The notes under the pieces: generated by a model
Told to the model about the DNA's origin: nothing
What the model saw: the letters and a program-made list of their open reading frames with translations, nothing else
Databases searched by the model: none
In this document: piece after piece, positions 46,607 through 59,399 of the stretch
Numbering within the stretch: the stretch's first letter is position 1
Layout: every line of letters begins with the position of its first letter
From: Podarcis tiliguerta
Taxonomy: Eukaryota
Length of the DNA: 64,000 nucleotides
Assembly: GCA_965153285.1 (NCBI GenBank)
Contig: OZ229110.1
Direction: 5' to 3' (one strand)
Program-made: the position numbers and the translations under genes

Positions 46607-49600
46607 TCATTCACGGTGCGCGTTCTTGTAATCCTCCATATGGCTCAATATCCAACCGGATGGGACCAAGAAGGTTACAAACATCACAGTCAGTCCAATA
46701 GCTTGTTCCTGTACAAAGAAACAGAGGTGAATGTCGTCTGCAGCATTATGAACGTTGAAGAACATTCTGGGTTCCCTGGGCTAATCACCATTTATAGTTC
46801 ATGCAGGGAAGAAAGCAAGTGGGCTAAAGTTACTCTATGTGCCATGTGATTAATCTTTATTTTTGTATAGTGCAGTGAAGTCCTTATAGGATGTTCGTTG
46901 TGGTTTTGAAAGAATCCTCAGTTGCCTGACTAGTCTGACTGCCAGGGCCCAAAATAATCTGCAGATAATTGAAAGGCCTTCTGTTGGTTGGTATCTTTTT
47001 TAACAGGCATGCTGAGCCCACTTCAGCTCCTATAGCCTCTTCTGTGAAAGAGCCTGAAAACTGAATTGCATTAATAACTGCCAGGGCCTAAAAGAGATTG
47101 CTATACACCTAATTGTATAGTTTTGAAAATGTCTTGGGAGGCTTAGCAGGGTATAAATGCTGCATACATGGGTTCTCTAGAGATGAGGAACTCTTTGGAT
47201 TGGACTTTTTTCTAGGTTTCCTACCAAAAAAGGAAAATTTGGGAAAACTAAGTCAATGAGCAGCGATGTCACGCTGGCCACGTGACCCGGAAGTGTCTTT
47301 GGACAGCGCTGGCCTCCGGCCTCTTTGAGTGAGATGGGCGCACAACCCTAGAGTCTGGCAAGACTGGCCCGTACGGGCAGGGGTACCTTTACCTTTAAGT
47401 CAATCAGAGGGCTTGGGTTTTTATTTTAGTTCTTACCCATCCCTCACCCCAAGGTCCCAGGGCAGGTTACAATTTAAAATGGAACTGCAAAAAATGCAAC
47501 CACAAAAGATAACATCTAATAAAAAGTAAGACAATTCATATGATTGCTTATATTATATTTAGATTTCCAGTGTTGGCCTCCCTTTGCTAGCTCCCAGATG
47601 CACTCCTCCTTTTCATTCAGAAGCAGGAGCTTTTGAAGAACTACACCTCATAGTTCTCTCTAGTCTGTTCACAAGCACAATGGGGCAGGAAAACAAAATC
47701 CTCTGCTCTCCACTCACACAGCTTTGATGCTGTTCCCACTTTAATAAGGGGAGGGGAGGAAGGGCACGCTAATGGGTGATAGAGATGGATGGGGTTGAGA
47801 ACAAGAATTCTTCATCTTAAGACTAAGTCTTATAAAGTTTGCCTCAGTTTTGAGGAACACCTGCAGTATGGGTGTGTTTAGGGTGTGTGTGTATGAAGTC
47901 ACACCACTGGAGAATCACAGCGCCTGCTGTAGCTGTGGAAACCAGTAACTCATAAGTGTTGCCTCCTGTGTTGCTTTTGCTGTGTTAGCAACACCGAAGT
48001 GACCTCCCCAAGGCACAAGCCTGGGCAGTGTGTATGGAGGTCCTGGGTTGCCCAGACCACAAGACCTCCCTCTTGGCCTTATTTATGTGGTCCAAAGAAA
48101 AGCAGAGCTATACGTTTGGCACCAGCTTGGCTGCAGGAGTTGCTGGAAGGAAGCATCAAGACACCATCCAACTGTCTTAAGGATTCTGCTCTGCATTGAT
48201 GTAGGGTTTACTCCTTAGCCTTTTCTTCTCCCAAAGAAGTCCCACAAGGGAGTGGGTTTAGGTTTCTGTATGTATGTGTGCTCACCCACCCACCCCATGG
48301 TTTGGCTGAGTTTGAACAGTGTACTGTACATCCTACTCTTACCAAACGTGTGGTCTTGCTGTGCCTGTTAATTTGTGTCGTTTAATTTTTCCTATGACGC
48401 AATGTACATAATTTTCCTCATTCAATATAAAGTGTTAGTTGGGCCCTCACTATTGCTAGCTATAAGCAAAGGCTGTAGTCAGCCCAGATAAGTATTGCTG
48501 AATGGTGCACCCTTTAAATTACTTCTGAGCAAGGAGATAATCTTTTTGCAATGGCATACTGGCAGTAGCCTGACTTTCAAGTGACTTTGTCCTGAGAGCA
48601 GTAGCACAGGCCTGCCTGATCCCAATTAGAAATCATCTGAACTAGTTATATTCTGTCGCCCCTGTGGGACTGATTGTGCATACTAACTCTTGTGTGTACT
48701 AAAAAATATGTAAAGCATATTTGGTTCCTATAGAGGGTGGACATGATTTTCAATAAGGGTGTTTACTCGCAATTTAATTCAGTTCAGATTCATCTGATGA
48801 AAGAATGAAGAAAAAATTGCCCTTCCTTCAGAAACCACTCTTTTAATCACAAGTTGCTACTGACATTATCTGGGCTGTTAATTTGGTGCCAAAAACTTAG
48901 TTTTTCGGCAAGGAAGTCAATGTTCATGCCACAAAAATGAAACACTCTGAATAATTAAAGCAACATGAAGAAAGGGGGACATGACTTGAGGCCATAAAAA
49001 CCGGTAGAATTTATTTGTGGTTGCAAAAATTCTACACTGATCAATAAAGGCCGCAGATACTGCCTATGTATATTCAAATAAATATTTGATTTTCTTATAG
49101 GTTAAAGGCCTCTAAAAGCTGCTTCTCACTTTATTGTGCCATAAAAGGTATAGAGCTGTGAAATTTCTATTTCCTGGTACGTGTATCAGATCTGGAGAAC
49201 AATGGCTCTGTGCAGGCATATTGCCAAAGTTCTTAACGCTCTTTAAGTTGGGAAGAATGAGGAAATTAATTGTATGGTTTTTTTAAAATGAGGCTGGATG
49301 TGCAAGAGTTGAGGGTGGGAGGAGATGGTCTCTATAAATAACGCTCTGCTCCATTATTATTAATGGGGGGGCGTTCCTACATGTGTCTCAAAGCACTGGG
49401 ATTTTTTTGGCTATTAGGGGTTTTTGCACTGATTAAATGTATTAAACAAAAGCTTAGCTTCTTTCCCCTAAAAGTGATCTGGAATACCTTCAAATCCACA
49501 AAGCAAACAACATGTGGAGGGTAATATAAAGTACACACACGTTTCGGCGCACGTATACTCATGTCTCAAAAGTTTCCAGATGTATGTAGAGACAGTTTAA

Positions 49601-50853
49601 GGCTATATGTATGTAATCTGTACTTTACTGCAAGAAACATTAGTATTATGTGTCATTCTGCCTCCTGCAAGTAGTGCTCAGTGGGCAGATGCTGGGAGCC
49701 AAGGGGTTGCGATGGCAAGGGGTTAAGAGGACAAGAGCTGTGTGTGCCACATGGCTCCTAATCTAGCCTACCGCCATGAGTTGTGGAGGGTGATATCCCA
49801 GTGCCAGTGTTGGAGAAAGATCCTAACTGCCATCCTGATTGCTTCTAGACGTCTGATTTGTCCTTCGCCTTAGGCTGCAAACTCTGGAGTCAGCCCTGGC
49901 TGCATGGAACGTGGACCCACCACACCTGCAGTAGGAGAGCCATCACTTAGGAAGACTTGAAATGAAGGTTGGCCTGTGGGAAAGCCCTGCTTTGATACAC
50001 GTCCATGCTATAGGTAAAAGAATGCATGCACAGTAACATTCAAATGTGGCCAGTGGGACCAAGAGCCATTTTGAGCAGTTGCTGCACGTTATATGAAGCA
50101 AATGTGCCACAAACATGTTGCAATGAATAGGCGCAACCCGATTGCACCAATAAACTCGTACTGTTGTGCTGAAACTTTGGGGAACAGAATTTGAGACAGT
50201 ATATAGCGGGGAAGGTGTAATGGCCTATGTTTCAGAAGGGTGGGGAGGAGCTGCTTTAGAGTCCCAGCAGCACTCAAGGCAGTCGAGAAACTATTAGGCC
50301 AGCTGCTTGAGGGCCAAATGACGCAGTCTGTCCAAAGCGTTACTTAAACACTTGGTTAGAACCTGCTGCCACTTTTAACAAAGAAGCAGCCATGTGTGTA
50401 TGTGTGGCATTCTGCTCAGGAGCCTTAAATCCTGTGCCATTTTCATGCCTGATATCACAGTGCAAATTGTGGGGAATTTATTCACTGGAAAAAAAGACAA
50501 GGGAGGAGGAAAAAAGGGAATTCCCTAGGCTGCCCCCCGTTACAGACATTCCTTTCAGAAACCAAAATCAAGGCTTCGGGTTTGTGGCTGAATAAAGGGT
50601 GTAGTTGCCAGTTCAGGGGACACCTTAACCATTCTCACCTTCTGAAATCTGAACGTGACATCTAAGCACACAACAATACAATGTATCTGCTGCACTACCC
50701 TAATTTCCTGGTGGTCCAGAGACACCAAAAAAGGATACTTACCATTGGCGTTATGATCTCCTTCGGTGGCTTCTCCGTGATATTTGCTCGAGGAACAATC
50801 TGATTCCTCATTGTTGCATTCAGGAATCTGAACGTCTTATGGAAACGCAGCAT
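46607..50853 (-). CDS. COX8B: Cytochrome c oxidase subunit 8, heart/muscle-type (COX8B/COX8H), 2 exons, 70 aa
   Basis: Exon 1 (50743-50853) encodes [37 protein letters not shown] and ends at donor GTAAGT. Exon 2 (46607-46708) follows acceptor ttctttgtacAG and encodes [33 protein letters not shown]. It has a basic presequence, one TM helix and the COX8 signature FLxPxGWxLxHxExYK. The intron is phase 0 before EQA, and position and strand next to PSMD13 match mouse Cox8b and human COX8BP. Confidence 0.92.
47261..47395 (+). mobile_element. 5'-truncated Sauria SINE (second subfamily) in the COX8B intron
   Basis: gtcacgctggccacgtgacccggaagtgtct...gggcaggggtacctttacctt, with TSD taagtcaat at 47249-47257 and 47396-47404. 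Confidence 0.85.
47893..48255 (-). mobile_element. Probable RTE-type LINE 5' region fragment
   Basis: Resembles, from recall only, the squamate RTE-1 5' region (gagaagaaaaggctaaggagtaaacccta...cctgcagccaagctggtgccaaacg). Confidence 0.45.
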
Positions 50854-52096
50854 TTTCTTTTAGCTATTCGCTTTTGAGCTCCCCAAAGCTGTTGCTGAAA
50901 TGGCGCTTTCTGCCCTTTGGTAGGGAGTGTCTACGGGCTCCGGCTCTCGAGCTGGGAAGTTGCAGCTGTCGGTGTCACAACAAGTGCACGCTCACTCGTC
51001 CAAAGGCAGCTGAAGGTTTCCAAGAGGTCGGAGAGGAAAACAAGTGGCTCCGTTCCTGCCAGACTAATTTAGCACCGCTTTCTTGTCTCCGATTGGCTGC
51101 TGAGTTGTTCAGCTGCTTCCCTGGGATAGCAAGCAACTGCACAAAGGTGCCTCGATAGCAGGAAATATCAGGACTTCTAACTGAATCTCTCTAAACAGTT
51201 TCTACTAAACTGTGTGAAATGTTTTTGAAGAACCCAGTGCAAAAATTAAAATTGATTTATCTTTAAAAGTGTGACTTGCTTGACTGAATTATAGAAGGAA
51301 GTTTAAAGAAAATGTACCACCAATTATGGGAGTAATGTGGCAAACAGGCTTGGAGCAGAGCCGTTTTTTGGAGGGAAAAGCTTCTTGCACTGCGGTCCCG
51401 ATTCAAACTTTTCCTTTGTTAAAAGACGTGTCAGGTCCTAACAGTGTGCTTAAAGTGATCCGGCCTCTGGCCTCTGAGACAGCTCAGCCTGCACATCCCC
51501 ACAAGACCAGCTCGCTTTCACCCCCAGAAGCAGGTCATTGTTTGGGTGATGCACGTGTTACAATAACGTGATCCTGGTATGCTGCCAGCCCCCCCAAACC
51601 CCATTGCACAAAGTGAGGGACTTACTCTAGTAAATGCCCCCAAAATCCCTTGCCCTCCATGTTTAGAATTTGGAAAATGCTTGAGGTGTAATCCAAGGGT
51701 AAAGATGCACCCTTTTACTTTGCTGCAGTGCTTCTCCCTGTTTCATATCACAGTGCTTTCCCAGTTGTTCTCTGTCTCTTTGAACCAGCGTGTCCAGGAG
51801 CAGGAGTTGTATAAACATAAAGAAAGAAAGTGTGCGAAGCCAAAGTCCAAAGGGGCCCAAATAGGGGATACTGTTTAACTCTCTACATCTCTCTCTCTTT
51901 CCCTCTCTCCATGTACGGGTGAAAACTGCCAAGAAGAGCATAAAATATATTGCAAGTCTCTCACCCACTGTTTTGGACTAAAACTCCCATCAGCCCTGCT
52001 AACACAATAAAGTGGATTACTCAGGCAGTGGCAATCGCAAATGAATGGATTCTGCAGTATCTCCTGTCAGCGTAGCTGTTTGTTTACAGGAACAGC

Positions 52097-52233
52097 CAGT
52101 GGTTTTTTTCTTAAAAAATGTTTAGGGGTACTCTCATTTTCCTACTCATATTGAATTACTGCCCCTCAATGAGGCTAAACATAGATTCACAAAATGTTTA
52201 GGGGTATGTGTCTCCCCAGAAAAAGCAGCACAG
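52097..52233. mobile_element. Small hAT-like non-autonomous element
   Basis: Flanked by a ggaacag(c/t) duplication, with imperfect TIRs cagtggtttttttc / gaaaaagcagcacag. Confidence 0.5.
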
Positions 52234-53268
52234 GGAACAGTTATCTGAATGAAATAACTCCTTTATGTCATTTTCTAGCTTTGATGTCCATCTGATGCGT
52301 GTGGCCCGTAAAAGAATGAAATATGTTGTGTATGTATTTTCCCAATAGCAAAATATTCTAACTGGAATCCTGAGAAATACTGCAATAAATATTAAGCCTC
52401 AAGAGAAGACAGGAGGTTGGTAGGTATTTAGCAACACAAATGTGCTTTTAAAAATGTATAAATGAATATTCTAGAAAGGCCCTCGTGATTATAATCTCCA
52501 GTGCAATGTCAGAGTATTGTAGAGCTACAGGGGGGAAAGAAACCGGGCTGCAAATTGTAAGTAAAAGGCACAAGGCAGTATTAACTGATCAATTAGGAAC
52601 TCTGCATTGTTCCAGTTTTTATTTGCAAATGTGCTGTTTGCTACAACTTTTGGTTCCTTTGTATCTCCCCAACCCCACTCCATTTATCAATGTGCACTGA
52701 CAAAACTCTATATAAAACCATTATTGATATGACTGTACATATGAAAATGCATCATTTTGTGATGTGTTGCTTTACCAATGTGCATTGATAAAGCACCCAA
52801 GCGACAAAACATGGGAACTCTGTTTATCCTCATGCCACATACTAGGAATTTATAAAAATAATGAGAACATTTCACATCATTTTTAAAAAGCGTTTGAACC
52901 GGCATGTAAACTTCTTGTGTGCTGTTCAACACCCACCAGCGCTGCAGTTCAACATAAGGCTGTTGCTTTATGTGGGGACGTTGTGGGTGTTTCAAAGCAA
53001 GCAGCCAGCCACAATTTGTCCATTCGAAATGTTCACTGTGGGATACTTTCTACCATTCATACAATGGGAATAAAAGGCGGCCTTATGCAAGTGACAACCA
53101 GGTGCTTCATCAGACTGTCTTCTTCCTGTTCAGGCCACTGCAGTGCCCTGTGCTCCAAGGAGGGCCTCTTTGTGTGTTGTATTTTAAAAGCAGATGATTC
53201 CGCATTCAGAGATTCCCCTGCCAGGCATGGAATGCAGAAGCAAGTTCCTGAACAGGTGGACACTTCAC

Positions 53269-56200
53269 CTATTGAGGTCTAAATTTCATGTCTGCATATT
53301 TGTAAGAATAATGATGCCCCCGCCCAGAAGACCAGTTGATGCCGTTAGCATAAGAAGAATGTTCGCCTTTGAGGTACAGGCCATTCAGGTTGGAAGAGTG
53401 GCAGACACTGTACCACCAGCCCCCCTTGTAAGCCACAGCGCAGCTGTCTTTTTCGTTGGTATCGTTGTCCTTGTCTCGGGTGGAGAAGGCCATGCCCCTG
53501 TGTCCTGAGAAAGAATCTCCTGAAAGAGAAGAGCAGGGGAAACATCAAATTCACCTCTTTCACATTAACTGTGTGTGCTAAGGCAGTGGAAAAAGGCAGA
53601 TGCACTGCTAGGTCACATATATAAGTGCCAGAGGAGATGCTCTGCAGGCGGAAGGTCCTCCTAGATTCAATTCCTGGACCTTCAAAAATGCAATATTTGT
53701 GTTTTTAGGTCACCTTGAAGCAGATGCCTCAAAGGGAATTCTCTGTATAACTCACCCATGTTGCCATCTAAATAGGAGCCCACTTCCAGAGTGTAGTTGT
53801 CCCTCTCACTCAAGACTTTGAAGGTGGTATATGTAGCATAAGTTCTAGTGTCATTGAAGTCCTTCACGTCAATTCGTAATTGTTGTACTCCTAACCCCCA
53901 AGAGAATGGAAGAGATCTGAGAGTAAGCACTGGTTTGGTTTTTTGTGTTTTTTAAATTGTGTTTTATGAAAAAGAACAATGTTATACAAATAAGTATACC
54001 AAGCTTTCTCATGTCATTTGTATATCACAAAAATAGCATAATAAATGTGGAAAAATATCTACAACATATGTTTCATTATTAGTGGTCAATGTATAAGTTC
54101 TTGGTTTATGAATTGGTTTAAACAGTTAGAAAGAAGAAGAGGAGGAAGAAGAAAAGTGGGGAAGAGGAGTGGCAAGTGGGATGGGGTTGGGTGGTTATGC
54201 TTCTATTATTCTACTTAGTGTGTGAGAGGGGTTGTGTCATTGTTGACAATAGAAAGCCTTTAACACGTTTACGGCTACAATGAAGACCAGCAGCTTTTGC
54301 TCCAGGCTGTGGCAGCCGGTGGAGTGGAAGGCAGAGCCATAGTTCTGGTTTTGTAAGGACACTTAAGCAATGCAGTACAATTACTTAGCTACTCAACAGA
54401 TGTGGCTGTCCCAAGAATGGAAATTTCACAAGCAGGGGGAGCCAGCTTCAGGCATAGAAGTGATCATGCACTACTGCAATGAAACAATTCCCAACACCCT
54501 TTCATGGAAAGCAAACTGTTGATGAGGTTCAGAAAAAAGTAACAAGTAGGGCTTTGTGAATCAACACAAGAAACTTCAACCTGCCCTGTAGGAAACTGGC
54601 AACCAGTGCGTTTCTCTTAGGAAAGGAATAACATGCTGCCAGTAACCTGCTCTTGTGAAAAGTCTGGCCACTGCATTCTACACTAGATACAAGGGGAGCC
54701 CCACATAAAACATAATGCAGTAGTCAAGTCTTGAGGTTACCAATGCATGGGCTACCATAGTCAGGCTATCCCAGTCTAGGAATGGTCACAGCTGGTAGAA
54801 GGCCACACGAATCACTTCACCATCTAGATCAAAGATGGATGGAGGAGTACCCCTCCAGCTGAAAATCTGCTCCTTCAGAACAGGCAGTTGACCTACCACC
54901 TGGACACAAGAACCACTCACCTGCAAGACCTCAGACTTTGCAGGATTCAAGCTCAATTTACTGACCCTCATCCAGTCAAGCATTGCATCCAGTCACATGT
55001 CCAGGGATTGCACAGTCTGTCCTGACTCGGATGTAATGAAGCTGGGTATCATCAGTGTATGACACCTTGCTCCAAAACTCCCAGTGATTAGCTTAATATA
55101 GATGTTGAATAGCATTGGGAATAAAATAGTGCCCTGTGGGATTCCACAGTGTACACACCAAGAGCACTCTTCCAATGATATGCTCCAGACAGGACCCTAC
55201 AGCTATTTATCCCAACGTAAAAACTTCACAGGTCCGACTCTGGAGGAGCTTTCAATAACTGATTCCACACCTTTCTCCATTATTCATTAAAAATCCCCAA
55301 GCTTTCCAGTGATGCTCCAGCATCAGACAGAAGAGGAAACGTTGGTTTACCAGAGCTTGTAAGAAGATGGATTTTATCATTGCCCAACCAGAACTCTGAT
55401 GCATGGCTCCCAAACCCTTTCTTGTAGGACTCCCAGTTACGGTAGAAATCCTCCGACCCATCCTGTCGCCTCTGGAAGACCTGGGGGCAAAGGGAGGTGA
55501 TATGTCAGTGTCCCAGCTGAAAGACAAGTCCGTTTCCTATTCCCTACAAGTGCTAGGTGCAGAGGCTAAGATGCCCACTGTGTGTCATGTGAGCATGAAG
55601 TCACGTGACACGCGATGTGCGCAACATCACATATCGCCGGGAGGAGGCTGAGCAGAGCCCAGCATGGGGCAGCTACAATGGCCAGCAGCTCCTCCTCACG
55701 TGTGCTCAGGAGGAGGCCGACACTTAAGCCGCGCCATGCTAGGCTCTGCACTCTGCCTCCTTCAACATGGAGGGGCCCATCCCCATCCTAGCAAATATTA
55801 AGGGGGCCGAAGACCCCTCAGCCCCATAGAGTTGGTGCACCTGGGTGGGTGGGCTCTTTTAGGCAGGCTGATTGGTTTCAGAACAGTCCCCACAATATAA
55901 AGAGGTATCCCTACTGACCCTTCCTCAGTCTAACATATCTCAACAGGGTGATAAATTAGGGAATGAGGACAATAACCTCATAAAAAAATGAAAATAAATT
56001 CTTGCAAGGGCATCAGCAGGGTTTCCACACCATACCTCCTCTACAAAGCACTACAACATGGTAAGGGATAGACTTGCACATGTTCCCTACTCTGTTGAGT
56101 CAGATTATTAGTTTTGCATTCAGGTTGCACCACATGTCCTTTCAGAAAGTACAGGGCAAGCGGAAAACCTTTCAGACCCATGTTTTTTAAGCAAAGGATT

Positions 56201-57037
56201 GTGGAAGTGTGGACAAGCCAATAGCAAACTCTCCTCCGTTCCCCTACATAAGTTGTTCCCCTGCAGAACGCCCTTGGACAACACTTCCTCTGAGCTCTGC
56301 AGAAGCCAGCAAACAAGGGAAGGCAGCTCCTCCTGCTGCTTCTTCTCTCTAGTCTACTGTTTATGAGCATGCACAAGCAGAAAGCATGTGGGGCTGCCTT
56401 TGCTTTGCTTAGCACCCTGGGCCAAGTCTCTCTTGCTCAGTGAAGGAGATGTCTCTGGAGGAAGGAGTTGCCCAAGTGCCTTCCTGGCAGGGGATTCCAC
56501 TTCTTGAAAAGTGTGCATCATATTGCCTGACATAAACAGGTGGCTTTTCCTTCTCCATGGGGTAAAGCTCACCAGCCAGCCTCCTCCATCCGTCTCCATG
56601 TCACAGAAGACCACCATCGCTTTCCCTGTGGCAGGATAGATGGTGTACCAGCCACTCAGGGTCTCTCCACGTTCCAGAAGTTCTTTGCAGTCTTTGGCTC
56701 CAGCCTCTAGGAGAAATATCAGGGAGGAAAATGCAAAACAGTTCACCTATTTTCCGTTCTGGAGGTATGTGTGTGATGAGAGCAACATGGCCCTCTACTG
56801 TCTTTCTCATGTTTGGTTTTGCACAGAAATCAACAAGATTCTGGGAATACAGAGAAGTTTAATTTGAACTTCCACCACGGGATTATTATTTTTTATTAAC
56901 CAGCGAAGTATAATTTCTCATGGGATAAGTTCACCCTTCCCTATATTATCCTCATGATCTGTGTTCGCAGCCATCTTGCATTAGATTGGAAAGGACCATG
57001 AGTTGAACCAAACAAACACAGCTGTACTAGCAAGAGG

Positions 57038-57069
<32 letters not shown>

Positions 57070-59339
57070 GATGGTGATGATGATAAAGACATACCTTGCA
57101 GCTTACAACCAGCAGAAGTGTCCAAACTGCAGTCTTCTCCTGCAGGAAGAGAAAAACAACGTCTGGTGAGGTGAACAAGCTAAAAAGAAAGGTGAGAGTG
57201 AAAGCAGTTCCAGATTCCATGCTTTTATGTACCGGTAAGTTTATTTTCATTTTCCTCCAGTGGAGTAGTAGAGGCAAAAGGGGTCGCCTTGTTAACACTG
57301 GGGTCTGTTTCTGCTCAAGCACAGTGCACAGCACAGTGTTCACCTGGATCAGCTTTCACCTGTGAATAATCCAAGCTCTTGCATTGCCACACCCCTCCCC
57401 TCACAGTGGAGTTATAGATGCAAAATTACCTTTGTCTCCTTTGTCTCCCTTGGGTCCAGCTTTCCCAGGCATCCCAGCAACACCTTTCTCGCCTGAGAGG
57501 GAACAGTTGAGAGACGAAGCCTTTGAAAACAATCAAAACATCTCTAGAAACAGCCCCTCTCCTAGACATGGTGTTTGCAATTGCAGAGCATAGCAGCGAG
57601 CCTCTTCTCCACAGGGATGAGGCTGAATTAGAGCAAATGATCTCCAGATCTGTCTAGCACAAACTCTGAAGGAGAGATTGGGATCTTCTTACCTGGAGGA
57701 CCCTGAGGGCCTGGGTCACCCTTAGGCCCAAGTGATCCGCTTGTTCCGGGCACACCTGGTATTCCTGGTATCCCTGGCTGGCCCTGGAAAAAGATCCGGC
57801 CTGGTCCACAATGTGATAGGCCCTTCAGCTCTGAAACAGGAAACGTGAGACAGCGTATAAACCTGTGTGAGACAAGACATGTTCCCTGGCATGGGCATAT
57901 TAAACCAAGAAAGGACTGGAGTGCCAAGCGTCTTATGTGGTGCAGCAGATAGGACTGCATTTACATGAGGGGAAGGCAGGTTCATATCCTCAGGCACCAT
58001 CTTCTCATCTTTACCAACCATACAGATCAGCTGTTGTGAGGATTTTTGAGAAAGGAAAATTACTTTCCTGAGCTGTTGGAAGCGGTTAGGATTGTCCAAG
58101 CAACCATGGAAACCTTTTCTCCTTTATATATATATCTCCATATATCTTCATTTAAGTGTGGGCCAATTTAAGAATCCCTGCTGAGTATTTCAGAAAGGAC
58201 ATATTGATAAACCTAGGTCTTCCACTTAAAGTATGATTGATTGGAAGCTTGCAATCCCTGGCTTGCTAAGGGATATGTTGATGTCTTTGCAGATTCAAGC
58301 ACAGCTCCACTTGTTTACCTTTTCAAAGGCATACTTAAAATATCTCGGGTAAATATCTTAAAGCTATCATGTATGAAATCAACCATTTAACTACAGTTTA
58401 AAAGGAAAGAGAAAGAAACCTGGGCTATCTTATCTTGAAGAGTTTTCTGAAAGACCTGAAGCTAGGTTTTTATAGAATTCAAGACCAGTTAGGCACCTGC
58501 CCCTTCCACTCTGGCCTCATTCATGAAATTAGTTGTGGCCTGATTGGGAATATCTTGACAAATCTGAACATTTAAAGGGAACAGTGACAGGAAGTTGAAG
58601 AAAATGCTAGTTGCAGCCAGAAGACAGAGACACATAGAGTGACCAGATGCTGCTTCTTTTTGAGGAACGCCCTTTGTTTCAGAGATCACAATTCAATTTG
58701 CCAAACCAGCCTTCAAAGTCCTCCTCAAGAACATTCCCTCCGCTGCTTCCATATTAAACATTATCACATCCCTGTGACTAAAATGTAAGCCCCTGGGTTA
58801 TACTTTCACATACCAAAACAATTAACTGAGGAAACAGTGCTGGCCTTGACGTGTGCCACACAGTGGTCTGATGGGATGCAAAAAAAAGCCTCATTTGCCT
58901 TTAATAATTGCACAGAAGAACAAACTTAGTTAGGCCCAGCTTTACTCATTATAACGCCACAGTGCTAGGAGAAATGCCAATACTCTTCTGCACAACTATT
59001 TGAATTTCTATAGGTGTACAATTAACATTTCCTGGACAGCTTACAATAAAAAATGCAATATAAAATAGTAATTAAACAATCAAAAAAAATGTCATGACAA
59101 CATAAAAACAATTTGCAGCCAAGATTAAAATATTTAATAGACTGGGTGAATAAAAGGCACCGTCTGTCCCACTGCCTTTTATACTTGTCCAGAAACAAAG
59201 ATCACCTCCCACCTCATCCCATTTTGCACTCACGTTCACAGCAGCTGGTTTCTGCCTCCTGTCCAAAGCTTCCTCTCTCCTCCACAGACACAACCACCAA
59301 GAGAGTCAGAGCCAGGCGGAAACCAGTCAAGGCAGTCAT
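53269..59339 (-). CDS. Ficolin-like lectin (signal peptide + collagen domain + fibrinogen C-terminal domain), 8 exons, 333 aa
   Basis: Exons 59234-59339 ([26 protein letters not shown]...), 57693-57830 and 57430-57492 (Gly-X-Y), 57095-57139 (neck), 56573-56706 (AKDCKELL...[13 protein letters not shown]), 55351-55480 (VFQRRQDGS...EFWLGND), 53756-53890 and 53269-53519 (FSTRDKDND...[12 protein letters not shown]...MKFRPQ*). Total 1002 nt, all GT-AG and phase-consistent. The orthology group is not determined. Confidence 0.93.
54540..55185 (-). mobile_element. L2 (LINE2)-type RT fragment, degenerate
   Basis: Minus-strand peptides [17 protein letters not shown] and [18 protein letters not shown] match non-LTR RT motifs. 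Located in ficolin intron 6. Confidence 0.75.
57037..57083. repeat. (ATG/CAT)n microsatellite
   Basis: Trinucleotide run just inside ficolin intron 4; it causes the poly-His ORF. Confidence 0.9.
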
Positions 59340-59399
59340 CTTTCCTTGCAGAACTTTCTTGGCCGCTCGTCCGGGTGAAACAGAGGTAAGTGGCGGTGG

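Noticed and set aside
56981-57343. ORF with a long poly-His tract
   Set aside because: Translation of an intronic (CAT)n microsatellite.
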